64,000 bases of DNA, taken from Vicugna vicugna. Lineage: Eukaryota. The notes beneath the pieces are model-generated. The model made no database searches, was not told the origin of the DNA, and was given only the letters and a program-made list of their open reading frames with translations. The DNA is taken from NCBI GenBank assembly GCA_013265495.1, contig MU057887.1:4057668-4121667 (forward strand). Direction: 5' to 3'. A program made the translations under genes and the position numbers. Shown here in pieces: positions 35,201 through 47,800 of this stretch; the first letter of the stretch is position 1, and each line of letters starts with the position of its first letter.

Positions 35201-37993
35201 GCCCTCAGCCAGGCCAGCCCTGGCGGGGGCAGCCACACTTATCCAGGAAAGGCAATCCCATGGTCTCTGCCCCACTCTGCCTCTCTGGTCCTTGCACACC
35301 AGGGCAGTGGGTGCATCCTTCAGCCACCCTGGACTGGTCCTGCACCCAGCCCTTTTGAGCGGTGGCTTTCATGTCCCTCCCTTCTCTGAGCAGCTGCTGC
35401 CCTCTGGTGCTCTTGGCTGCTCCCCTGAGTGGCAGCTGGCCTTGAGCTGACGCCCCTGAGGTCAGGCTGGCCAGCACCAAGGGGCCTGCCTCCCTCTCCC
35501 CCCGTGGGTCAGCTCTGTGCCCTAGCCTAGAGCTAAGAAATCTTTTTATTCGTTATAAGAAAAAACCTTGATACGCTCAGGAAAAAACATTAACATTTGA
35601 TAACTTTGGTTAGTAGATACATAGATGGTTATCATTTTTTTTTGTATTTTTTAGAGAAAAAGTATCCCACGATCACTAATTTACTAGTTTGTGTGTTCTC
35701 TTAACGTTTTTCCTATAATTTTTGCTTTAGTTTTGTCATTGAACTACTTGAACTTCCTGTCCCACCCCCAGGGTCCCTGCAGGGTTCTTGGTGTCTGGCC
35801 CAGAGCAGAGCTGCTATGGGGGGAGGGGGGAGTTTGCTGGAGCCTCAGGTGGAGGAGAGAGGGGAATCCAGGCATTTCTCTGCAGGGCATCACCCAGCCC
35901 AGGAAGTGCCTGCTGCGGGAGCCTGCCTCCCGGCTGAAGGTGAGGGGTCATGGGGTCTGGACCCCAGGGAGGGCATGCGTGCTTGAGGCCCACAACCCAC
36001 CGCCTCACTGCTGCCAGCGCTCTTGGCTGCCAGGCTCCTAGCCTGAGGCCCTGCGCCTGGCTTGTGAGGAATATTCCTTGCCTCATAATTGAACTTCGCG
36101 TGGGCATCTCCCTCCCTGTGTGTCCAGACTGGGGGAGGGTTCCTGTCTACCATATTCTCGTGTCTGCTTGTGCTCTGTGCTCAGGAGACCCCAGATCCCT
36201 GGCAGGGCCTGGACCCCTTCGACTCCCTGGACTCTAAGCCCTTCAGGAAAGGTAACTGGGGGAGGGGCACTCCCTTTGGGCACCCAAGTGGGGCTCACTT
36301 GGCCTGCATGGAGCCTGGGGCTCCTGGGGCCTGTGGGCACAGTGGCCTGCCCTGGGCCATGGTTGTGCTATAAGACTGTCTGCCTGCCCCCAGGTAGGCC
36401 CTATTCCGTGCCCCCCTGTGTGGAGGCGGCTCCGGGACAGAAGCGCAAGAGGAAGGGCACGGCCAAGCTGCAGGACTTCCACCAGTGGTACCTGGCTGCC
36501 TGTGCGTGGGGCTGTGGGCCAGGGCCTGGGCCAGGGCTGAGGGTCCAGGTGTGGCTTGCGGGCCATTGGCTTAACTCCTGCTGACCCAGTCCTCTTGTAG
36601 ATGCTGACCACGCTGACAGCAGGAGTCCCCGGCGTAAGGGCCCCTCCTTTGCAGGTGAGGTGGGGGCCTTCTGTGTGCTCTCCTGGGGGATGAGGGCCCC
36701 ACTCTGCCGCCTCCCCTCAGCCTAGGAATGCCCGAGGCCCTGGGTGGACTAGGGTGGACCCAGGCGGGATGTGGGAGCCCCTCTCACGAGGCCTTTGTGT
36801 GCAGACATGGAGGATCTGTACTGGAGGCACGTGAAGGAGCAACTGGAGACCCTGCGGAAGCTGCAGAGGAGGGAGGCAAGTACTGGCCACTGCCTAGACC
36901 ACACTTGGCCCCACTGGTCGGAGACAGCAGTGCCTCTCAGATGCCCTCTCTGCACAGGTGGCTGAGCGGTGGCCGCCAAGGACCGAGGAGGGGCTATGGC
37001 CTGCGGAGGAGGACCGCCTGGAGGACTCTTTAGAGGATCTGGGAGTGGCAGGTGGGCACCTACTCGGGCAGGCCAGGTCAGGACTCAGCACCTGCTGCCG
37101 GCTGACCGGCTTCCTGCTGGGGTCCTCTGCTCCCAACAGGTGACTTTCTAGAGCCTGAGGAGTATGCAGAGCCTGAGGGGGCAAAGTCCGAGGAAGATGG
37201 AGACCTAGGTAGGTCTGGGAGTGGGCTGCTGGCTGGCGGGCCATGAGGGGCTCTGAAAACGGGAGGAAGGAGAGATTGTGGCTCACAGCTGCCCACTGTC
37301 CAGAAGCAGAAGCCATGCCGGCGTCCCTGAGCTATGAGGAACTGGTCCGAAGGAATGTGGTAGGCCCAGGTGGGAGCTGTGGGGAGTGGGGAGAGGGGCC
37401 CCTGCACAGAAGGCGATACAGCCCCTGGCCCGCCCCTAGGAGCTCTTCATCACCACGTCTCAGAAGTTTGTCCAGGAGACAGAGCTGAGCCAGCGCATCA
37501 GGGAGTGGGAAGACACCATCCAACCCCTGCTCCAGGAGCAGGTGAGGTGGGCTGGTTGGGCCTGTGGCTGAGAACAGGAGCATCCCACTGCCTGGTGGGC
37601 TAGCCCCAGGACTGTGCCCCTCCCTTTTGCAGGAGCAGCACATGCCTTTTGACATCCACACCTATGGGGACCAGGTGGTCTCAAGGTTCAGGCAACTCAA
37701 CCAGTGGTGTCCCTTTGCGGAGTTGGTGGCCGGGCAGCCTGCCTTCGAGGTGTGTCGCTCCATGCTGGCCTCCCTGCAGCTGGTGAGTGGCCTAGGAGCC
37801 TGTGTGGGAGGGTGGGTGGTCCCTAGTCTCTGCTGATATGTTGTCCCTCCAGGCCAACGACCACACGGTGGAGATCACCCAGCAGCCGGGGCTGGAAGCA
37901 GCTGTGGACACCATGTCCCTGAGACTGCTCACATATCAGCGGGCCCACAAGCGCTTCCAGACGTATGCCGCCCCCTCCATGGCCCAGCCCTGA
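26266..37993 (+). CDS. NCAPH2: Condensin-2 complex subunit H2 (kleisin beta), 604 aa
   Basis: Twenty exons: 26266-26373, 30830-30931, 33497-33552, 33660-33744, 33820-33888, 34011-34090, 34169-34302, 34595-34678, 35038-35168, 35886-35939, 36185-36251, 36394-36501, 36601-36654, 36805-36875, 36958-37051, 37140-37208, 37304-37359, 37440-37541, 37633-37782, 37853-37993. Total 1815 nt, open frame. Begins [27 protein letters not shown] and ends [13 protein letters not shown]. Intron 14 has a GC donor. Confidence 0.95.
26750..28160 (+). mobile_element. LINE-2 fragment in NCAPH2 intron 1
   Basis: L2-like ORF/3' blocks (cctaaattggtttatt...cacctcagacttaat; aaaacctctcagtggctttccactgctctcagaataaaatccaaac) ending ctagcacatagtaggtgcagaataaatgtttgt. 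Confidence 0.65.
27621..27742 (+). mobile_element. Vic-1-like tRNA-derived SINE (degenerate)
   Basis: agctcattggt...aggtcctgagttcaatccccagtaccttcattaaaaataaac...aacctaataccc, the same layout as the other three copies. Confidence 0.7.
28610..28830. mobile_element. MIR SINE
   Basis: tcatttcatcctcacaagagccctg...agagaggttaaatgctcaaagtcc...gctagcaggtgccagagc, the MIR core pattern. Confidence 0.6.
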
Positions 37994-38094
37994 GTAGGGA
38001 GCACTGAGACCAGGAGTGGGCCCTGGAGCCCTGTCCGCCACGGTGCTGGGCATGCATCTGCTCACCTCGCCTTGCTTCCTGGCTGGCCCAGCCT

Positions 38095-38100
38095 AATAAA
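38095..38100 (+). terminator. NCAPH2 polyadenylation signal
   Basis: AATAAA ~100 nt after the stop codon. Confidence 0.75.
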
Positions 38101-38274
38101 GTGTTGCCATCCCACCAACCCCTTAAAAAACCTTTACAAAACTGTTCTGTGTGGAGGAAAGGGCTGGCCATCTCCTGCACCTCAGGGAGCAACCAGGTCC
38201 TGAGCCCCTTTTCTGCACTGGCCTCTGAAGGCTGCTGGTACAGACCACACGCACACACCACTGGGTCACATCCC

Positions 38275-38280
38275 TTTAAT
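38275..38280 (-). terminator. SCO2 candidate polyadenylation signal
   Basis: ATTAAA on the minus strand, 8 nt after the SCO2 stop codon. Confidence 0.55.
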
Positions 38281-38288
38281 GACCCTGT

Positions 38289-39089
38289 TCAGTGCAGGAT
38301 GCTGCGGAAGGCAGCCATGTGGCGCCGCACGCTGTCTGCAATCTGCTCAGCTGACCTGGCCCTGCTGTAATAGTCTGTGAAGAGGCCGTCAGGGCTAAGC
38401 AAATAGATGGCGATGGAGTGGTCCACGATGTAATCCTGGTCCTCGTCCTTGGGGCCAGCGCTGTAGTACACGCGGTAGCTGCGGCTGACCTCGGCAATCT
38501 GCTCAGCTGAGCCAGTCAGGCCCAGCAGCCTTGGGTGGAAGTCCTGCACGTAGCGGGCCATAGCGGCCACGTCATCCCGCTCAGGGTCCACAGTGATAAA
38601 GAGGGGCTGCACGGGGGGCAGGCCAGGCTCTGTCTCCAGCTGCCTCACCACCTGCACCAGCTTCTCCAGCTCATCTGGGCAGATGTCGGGGCAGTGAGTG
38701 AAGCCAAAGTACATTAGCACCCACTGGCCCCGGAAGTCGGCTTTGCAGCGAGCCTGGCCCCGGTGGTCCAGCAGGCTGAAGTCACCCTGGCCCACAGCAG
38801 CCTGACGCAGGGCCTCTGTCCGCTGTTGCTGCCGCCGCTGCTCCTTTTCTGCCCTTGCAGCCAGCCAGGCTCCACCTAGCCCAGCCCCAAACAAGGCTGT
38901 GATCAGCAGCCTAGTTCGTAGCCCAGGACCCTGGGGCTGGCCCTGCCTGCCAGCCTCCACAGGGCCCTGCCTTGACAGGAGCCGGCACCTCACATGTGGG
39001 GCCTTGCCTCCTGGGGTCCTGGGGAGGGCAGGAGGCTTGAGCTGAAAGAGCCTGTGCCAAGCCTTGGGTGCCCGAGCCAGCAGCAGCAT
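38289..39089 (-). CDS. SCO2: Cytochrome c oxidase copper chaperone SCO2, 266 aa, single coding exon
   Basis: Begins [18 protein letters not shown] (mitochondrial presequence) and has a TM segment, the [14 protein letters not shown]xxxC motif and the YIVDHS copper-ligand His. A splice acceptor lies 13 nt upstream of the ATG (exon starts 39102). Confidence 0.97.
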   Translation of the reverse strand: MLLLARAPKAWHRLFQLKPPALPRTPGGKAPHVRCRLLSRQGPVEAGRQGQPQGPGLRTRLLITALFGAGLGGAWLAARAEKEQRRQQQRTEALRQAAVGQGDFSLLDHRGQARCKADFRGQWVLMYFGFTHCPDICPDELEKLVQVVRQLETEPGLPPVQPLFITVDPERDDVAAMARYVQDFHPRLLGLTGSAEQIAEVSRSYRVYYSAGPKDEDQDYIVDHSIAIYLLSPDGLFTDYYSRARSAEQIADSVRRHMAAFRSILH

Positions 39090-40139
39090 GGACCTGGTGC
39101 TCCTGGAAAAGAGCATAGGTTTTGGAGCCAGGAGGTGCCTCGGCCTCCTGGGTCATCCTCCATCATTCTGGGGAGACTCGCCACCATCTTAAGGACCAAC
39201 CCCAAACGGGCTCAGCTGGGCTCAGAAGTGCTTCACCTCTGAAACTCTGCACTCTGGCCTAGGTGTTATCAAATGTCCCTGCCTGTTCCTCTTGTCCTCC
39301 AGCCTGAGACCCTCATCCATCTCATCCCACCTGGCCCCTGCCCGCGGTCCTGCTGCTGGCTGGCCTGCTCCTGCAGCTCTAACCAGCCTAGCCCAGCGCT
39401 GCCTGTATCTGAGTGAGCTGACTGAAAGCATTCCAAGTGCATGCTTGCTGGGATTCCTGAGCATATTAATCTGTGTGCAATAAACTCCCATTTCTTGACA
39501 GGAAGTGGGTGAGTCTCTGGCTTCAATCCCCAAAGACTGACTCCGACCCTTTTGCAGCCTTTCTCTGAGGACGGCTCCAACCATGGAGCTTTGGTTCCCT
39601 CCCCAGGCTCAGCCGAAACCCACCGTCACCCACACCCAGTCTGCAGTTACCTCCTGATGCCGCTCCGCCGCCCCTTCCACCCTGAACCTTTCTGGCTGGT
39701 GGTCACCTGGAAGGGAAACAAGGTTTCCACTTGTCTGGAGCCTACCTTGTCCACAGCCGGGTTTCCGACAGCAGCTCTGGGCTGGCGGCCCACGCTCTGC
39801 TGTTGCTTCGGTGACCTCCGACCCTTTCTCAGGGTCCGCTGGAGGTTTGCTAGTTGGAGGTCTTAGGACTCCGCCTTACCCGCTCCACTGCTGCTGGAAG
39901 GGCCTTCTCGAAGGCTACTAAATGTCCGGTCTCTGCCCGGTCCAAAGGTTCCTGGGCTTGGGCTCTGGGCTGGATGACCTTGGACACGTCCCTTAGTCTG
40001 TCTACATCAGCTTCCTCCTTTGCAAAATGCGCTGTAAGCGGTGCATGAGATGGGCCTGCAAGCGAAGGCAGCCTGTGGACGTTTCCAGGGCCCCTCTCCT
40101 CCAGAAGGCCCCTCTTCTCAAGGAGCCCCCTCCAGAGCG

Positions 40140-40560
40140 CCCTCCCGGAACGCGCCGCGCGGGCTGGGCTTCCAGGTCCTCCGGGCGCCGGCGTCGATGC
40201 CGCGTGCCTGTGGATGAGACCCAGGAAGCAGAGCTTGGCGCCCGCCCTGCTCGGTCCTTGGGCGTATGCGTCAACGGCGTCGCGCTCGCGCAGACGAGCG
40301 TGGAGCCAGCAGGCGCCGGGCCGTGCGCATGCGCCAAAGGTGCAGGACCCCGCCAGAAGTCACGTGTCGGAGGGCGGTGCGAGGAAGCCCCGCCCATCCT
40401 CGGCGGCCACGCCTCGCCCGGCGCTGTCTCCACTCGCCCGCGGTTTCCACCTTCTCGCTCCCGGCCCCCGTGGCGCCGGGCACCCGCACCAATGAACGCC
40501 TCTCGGGGTTAGTTGCCGCGTGTCAGCCAGCTCGCGGGCGCGGGGGGCTGGGGGTGAAAA
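40140..40560 (-). promoter_or_regulatory. SCO2 CpG-island promoter
   Basis: Perfect NRF1 motif TGCGCATGCGC at 40324-40334, E-box GTCACGTG at 40359-40366, GC box ~40387-40394 and CCAAT at 40489-40493. Confidence 0.7.
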
Positions 40561-40620
40561 GCTGGGCTCAGGAAGGGAGGGGCATGGGCTACTGGACGGA
40601 CGGACGTCTCTGGGCGTAGG

Positions 40621-43209
40621 GCTGAGCCAGAGCGGGTGCCCCTCTACCAGTCCCCTCACCGAGCCTGGTGACGGGTGACTGGGTCCGCAGGCCCGGGGGC
40701 CTCCGCACAGCAGCGCCTCCTCCACTCCAGGGAGTGGCCTACACTGGGGTTGTCCTTGGCGGTCAGAGCAACCGCCCCGCGCCAACCTGAGGAGACACGG
40801 CTCAGCGTAGACCCGCCCAGGATCTTGCGTGTCGTCAGAATCCAGTCCTTGATGCATCTTTGGTTGCCAGTTCCCGTGGAGTGAGGGGATCTCAGAAGGC
40901 TTGGGAGGGGACGGGAGAGACCTGAAGCAGGCAGTGTGCTTGACTTAAGCGGTGGAGGTCAGGAAAGCCTTGTATCTGGCCCGGGCGGGAGGGTTTCCCC
41001 AGACCAGATCAGCCTTGCTCAGATAAAGCTGAAGAAGGAGGAATGCCAGCACGGAGTCCAGTCCCAGCAGAGGCAGGGTGAGACAGGGCTGCTGAGAGGA
41101 CTAAAAGGTTCGTGGGGACCAGGCTGCCCAAGTTATAAAGGGGAGTTTGGGGCCACCTGAGATCCACACCATCAGAGAGGACACAACCACACGGCGACTC
41201 CTACGGAGAGGCCACACAGGCTCCAGCAGGCACTGGTGCTTGTCCGCTCCCACGCTGTGCCTGAATAGGGACGACTGCGGTTTCCCTGAACTTCCTGTCT
41301 ACCACCAGAGCAGACAGGCTGGCTGTCGCCTTCTCACTGAGGATGGGGGCTGTGGGGGAGGCTACGGGTCTGGAGATGATGGAGATCCTGGAGCTTCCCG
41401 GGAGATGTGGGGGGATGCTGAATCTCCGGTCTGTCATGAGGGGTCAGGGATCCAGAGCATGGGGTAAAGTTCCCTATGTGATGGATGACAGGTTGTGCAT
41501 CAGTCAGGTCACCCTCTTGAGTGGGTGATCAGGTATCCTGTGATGAGGATACACTGACCCTGGGTTTGGGTCAAATCACCAGTGATTGTGTGTGTTTGCA
41601 GGTTGGGGTCTTTAACATGCAGGAGGTGGAGTCTGGGGTGAGGTCACCTGTGATGAGTGGCAGGCTGTCGACGGTGTCTGTTACATCTCTTGCTTCATAC
41701 AGGATTCCATCTGCAAGAACCAGCTTCCTGCTCTGACCCACAATACAGCAGCTACCTGCCCCGGCAGCCCTTGCATCTGGCCAGCCCCCCCCCACCCCGC
41801 ATCAGGGCTGTTGGTGACCTTCAGTGGCCTCTGATCAGAAACCTTATCACTGACCCCGACTGAAAACTCATCAGCAACCTTGACAAAATGTTCAAAATCA
41901 TGACCAGTGACTTAGAAATGATTCTGGTAAGTCCTCACTAATGACTCATCCAGAATATTGATCAATGTCCTGTGGCTCATTAATGATTAATCAGTTAATC
42001 AGTATTTTACAAAGTCCCTATTAATGACTTCAATCAAATTTCCATTGATGATCTTGACCAAAGTCCTAGGGCCCATGAATAACTGGTCAATATCCTCACT
42101 AATGATCTTCTAGAGAGTCTGGCCAATGTATCCATCAATAACCCAGGTCAATGACCCATCAGTGGCCCACCTGTACCTGCTCTGGGCTCCAGGTGACACT
42201 GAATCCAGAAATATTCAAGGTGCTCCCCATGTGCCCCAGGCCATGTCCACTGATCATTGGTACACGCTGGACAGGGATGCTGAGTACACCTGCATAGTCA
42301 CCTCCCCACCCCCACATTTCTCCTTACCTTCCCTGGTTAGAACTTCAACTGGAGTTAAGTATTTACTAAGCAGTGTAGTAGTGGGTATTCAACTGGAGAG
42401 GAAACTGAAAACAGATCGTCCTGGTTTGGGATGCGGGTGTCAGTGGGGGAGGAGGCGAGTACCTCTCGCTTGAGGCATAAGTCTGGGGGTGGAGGGGTAG
42501 CAGTACCGGCTCTTCCTTTGGGAGTCCTGCCTGCGGAATCTAGGAGGGAGAGCTGGAAGACTTGTTCCTGTTCTTGGGGGTTGATGGGAAGGGAGATTCA
42601 GGTTCTGCCCTGGGGTCCTGTTTGGGCCAGGCTTGAATTGGGCTGCTGACCTCTTTGAGGTCAGAGTTTCTGGTCTTGAGAGGAGGCATCTTTTAACCTT
42701 GCAGCCACAGGCAGGCAGGGCAGGTGCCATGACTCTGCCTCAGGGCACGTTTGTCCCCGAGCTTTTGGCACCAGGCCACTCCAGCTGCTGCCCAGACTTG
42801 CCCAGGACGGGTCAGCGCTGCAGTCTCCACCAGATCCATGCCTCGCAGGCGGATGGCAAGATCATGGCCCCTAGGCGTGGGTACAGTGGTGTAGGCAGCA
42901 CAAGGGGGGGGGGCGTTCCCCCTGCAGTGGGTTATTCCGAGTGGCAGTGGCAGTGGTGGGGCGCTATGGCGTCGCCGGGGGCAGGCAGTCTCTGGGCCTG
43001 ACCTTTGGGTCGGAGTCAGGGGCGGCCAGCCGTCGCCACGCATGGATTTGCGCGCCCTGTGCCTTCCAGGACAGCACTCACGAAACCCCTGACTTCAGTA
43101 CGGCAGTTGCTTGGGCTCCGGCTCCCTCCCTGGGAGAGTTCAGCAGATGCAACTGGGGCAGGTGGGGACAGGCGTCCGCAACTACTCCGGGCTGCGACAC
43201 ACTTGGAAC
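40621..43209 (-). pseudogene. TYMP: Thymidine phosphorylase unitary pseudogene
   Basis: Collinear exon remnants between ODF3B and SCO2. Ex2 ~43209-43044 (PEPKQLP...RGFVSAV..AQGAQI; deletions, donor GT>AT). Ex3 42870-42698 (AIRLRGMDLVET...QQLEW...APALPACGCK; frameshifts). Ex4 42266-42177 (VPMISGHGLGHMGSTL...SPEQ). Ex5 41776-41648 ([31 protein letters not shown]; 1-nt deletion). Ex6 41349-~41233 (ILSEK...LSALVVD.KF). Ex7 40786-40660 (VEEALLC; frameshifts). Ex8 start ~40643-40621. Confidence 0.93.
41800..42170. repeat. Degenerate ~24-25 bp tandem repeat in TYMP intron 4
   Basis: Recurring units such as gtcctcactaatgactcatccagaa, gtccctattaatgacttcaatcaaa, tttccattgatgatcttgaccaaa and atcctcactaatgatcttctagaga. 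Confidence 0.55.
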
Positions 43210-43375
43210 CTGTCGCCGCCCTGTGTCCGTGTCACTGCAGCCAGGCTCACTTGTCCCGACCCGGTTCCCGTTTTTCTCTCGTGTAGTCCCCTCAGTCCAG
43301 TGTCTGTGTCGCCCGTGTGCATGTCTCCGTGTCTGGCTCCCACATCTCGGTCTCACAACTGACCCCGGTCCGTAC

Positions 43376-43620
43376 CTGTCCTGCACAGATGCCCTAGCCC
43401 GTCTTTCGAATCCTAGCGGGTTCCTCCTTGTCTTGCCGGCGGCCACAGCGTGGGAGCGGCGGGATGGCGCCTCCGGCCAGAGCCACGGAGGGGCGGGGCC
43501 TCACGGCCAGGCGGGGCTCTGGGCCAATCACCGCCTCGGAGGGGCGGGTATCCTGACCAATCGCGAGGGCCCGCTTGCTGCCTCTCTTGCCCGCCCGCCG
43601 CGCCGCAAGCAGAGGGAAAG
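43376..43620 (-). promoter_or_regulatory. Retained TYMP promoter / non-coding exon 1 region (CpG-rich)
   Basis: Paired GC boxes and CCAAT boxes (~43490-43562) and an intact minus-strand donor CAG|GTACGG at 43376/43375. Confidence 0.5.
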
Positions 43621-43686
43621 GCGACACGCTGCTGGCTCCGGAATCTTTTAAGAAAAACATTTGTGGGGCCGCGCCCGCCCGGCCGA

Positions 43687-45626
<1,940 letters not shown>

Positions 45627-45678
45627 CTAGACCCCATTGTGTCCAGGTCCCGCCTCCTGGGAGCCAGACTGCACCACC

Positions 45679-45695
45679 NNNNNNNNNNNNNNNNN
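45679..45695. other. Assembly gap (17 N)
   Basis: Run of N in GC-rich sequence upstream of ODF3B. Confidence 1.
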
Positions 45696-45809
45696 CCTCC
45701 CCGCCCTGCCTCCCCTCCTTGGAGTCCGCACTGGCAGACATCCTGCAGGCTAGGCCATGGACCAGAACTCCGTCCTCACCGTTTCACGGGCTTCACTAGA
45801 CCCATTCCA

Positions 45810-46320
45810 GAAATGGACAGATCTGCAGAAAGAAGCTAGTGGGAGAATAAAGAAATCAAGCTCAGTTTAATTATTATGTGTAGAGAGAGAACTTTGCATG
45901 TATTTAAGCCCATGGAATAGTTGCAGAAAATAACCATGTACCAGGCCACAAAAAAGCCCATTCAGGTTGAATAAAGAGCTGTCTATAATAGGACACATTA
46001 TCTGATCACAATCCAAAACAATTCTAAGCAAACAGTAAAATATTTTTTAAAAAGTTAATTACTTGGAAATTAACAGATTCTCTTTGAAAATGCCCTGGAT
46101 CAAAGAGAAACTCAAATGTGAAGTTACAAATTATACATAGAACTGCAAAGGCAGATCCCTTCACACCCAGCTTTAGAAGACATAGCTAAAGCTGTGTTCA
46201 GAGGAAAACATATAGCCATAAGTGACTTCATTATTAATGAAGAAAAATTTTAAATAAAGACACTTAGCATTTATCTTACAAACATTAGAAAAAAGAACAG
46301 TCAAGTAACCTAAAAGAATG
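45810..46320 (+). mobile_element. Old LINE-1 ORF2 (endonuclease/linker region) fragment
   Basis: A-rich block: gaaatggacagat...tatctgatcacaat...ggatcaaagagaaa...gacatagctaaagctgtgttcagaggaaaa. Confidence 0.7.
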
Positions 46321-47569
46321 GATCTATTCTGCCAACTTGGCCACTTGCCTACCTCCCCGTGGAAAAGAAGGGCCAGGAGGACTGCCCAGTGATCTGGTGG
46401 GAATTCCTAGCCTGTGACCAGAGCTCTCAGCCAGTGCGCCTATGGAGTGAGAACCAAGACCAGGGTTGCTGGGAGCCCCTGTGGTCTGGAGCCTCCAAGG
46501 GGTCTCCTAGGGTTGAAAGGGAGAAGCCGGCAAGGGTGCCTTGGTAGAGAGTCTTAAAACAATACTCAAAGTGTTCCAAAGTTGACCTGCTTTTTAGCAT
46601 CCTCATGAGCCCAGCAGCTCTAAAGAACGTTAGACATAAAATATTCCTCCCTTCAAATCTTTATTGTTTTAAACAATATTGTGGTCACTACTGAGTTTTA
46701 GTAGCATATGCGTACGTTTCCAATTAGCAACTTGTATTATCCTTTCCCCTTTAGTGAACATATTGTGTATAGAAATTAATTTAGAGGACTTCAGCTTGAT
46801 GGTTGGCAGACAAGCTTTCCTTGGGAGGGTAACTGTGTCATGCTTGGGTATCACGAGTGGTCTTCAGAGCTCAGGCCTGGGCAGTTAAGGTCTCCTCTCC
46901 CTGTTACAACACATATTTCTCCCTTTAAGTAGTAGATTTGAGATGAAAAATGATACCAGAGCAATTGTTACAGGAAGAAACAGAACTTGAGTTCTCTTTA
47001 CTCTTTTTTTTCTACCTGACCACTGAGAGTCTTTGCGTCTAACATCTAAAATAGTGAAGTAGGGCAAACTGCAAAGTAATTGTTTTGTTGAAAGGTTTTG
47101 TTGGTGCAAACTTTATTTCATGTGTGAATTATTTGACTGAATTTGAATATTTTTAAGATTGAAAATTATTATTTAGAAGCCACAAATTTAATGGCTAGTA
47201 AGAAGTAAAAAATAAGTCAATAAAGTAATCATTATTGCTGCTTATTCCACGATTATTACTGAAAATCATACTGCTCTATAGCAGAGCGGGTGCTAACAAA
47301 GGATCTACTCAGGGGCCAGATTCATCAGGTCGGTGCAAACATTTCGTCTTTCGGCATATTTTGCTTAATTGCCTGCCTCAAAAGTGCATTCTCTTAGAAT
47401 GCTGGCCAGTGAGGGAAGGAACTGTCTCCTTTGTTCACTGTCATGTCCCATGAGGTGACAAACATTTTATGAATAAGTAAATGAATTTACACTTTCTCCA
47501 ATGGATTATGAATGTTTCTATTTCTGAAACCCTAGCCAGTGAAAGTTAAGTTCAACCTTTTATATAATG

Positions 47570-47800
47570 GTAGCCAAGTAGGATTTATAAAGCCTGTGTT
47601 ATACGGCAGGCATTATTCTGAATACTGATTTACCAAAATTATTTTGTTTAATCTTCACACCAAAGCTCTGAGTCAAGTGCTATTATTTATTCCAGTTTTG
47701 CAGGCAAAGAAACTGAGGCACGAAGGGCTACATGTTTAGAAAGTGGTGGGACTGAAATTCGGACTTGGACTGTGGCTCCCACCACAGAATCTCTAACCCT
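47570..47800. mobile_element. MIR SINE
   Basis: tttaatcttcacacc...tattatttattccagttttgcaggcaaagaaactgaggcac, the MIR core. Confidence 0.65.

Noticed and set aside
39090..39116. TTG-initiated 9-aa extension of SCO2 in the ORF track
   Set aside because: The TTG lies in the intron upstream of the splice acceptor at 39103-39104.
41800..42170. CRISPR-like repeat-spacer array
   Set aside because: The units are degenerate and contiguous, with no identical repeats, unique spacers or cas genes, and the context is a mammalian intron.
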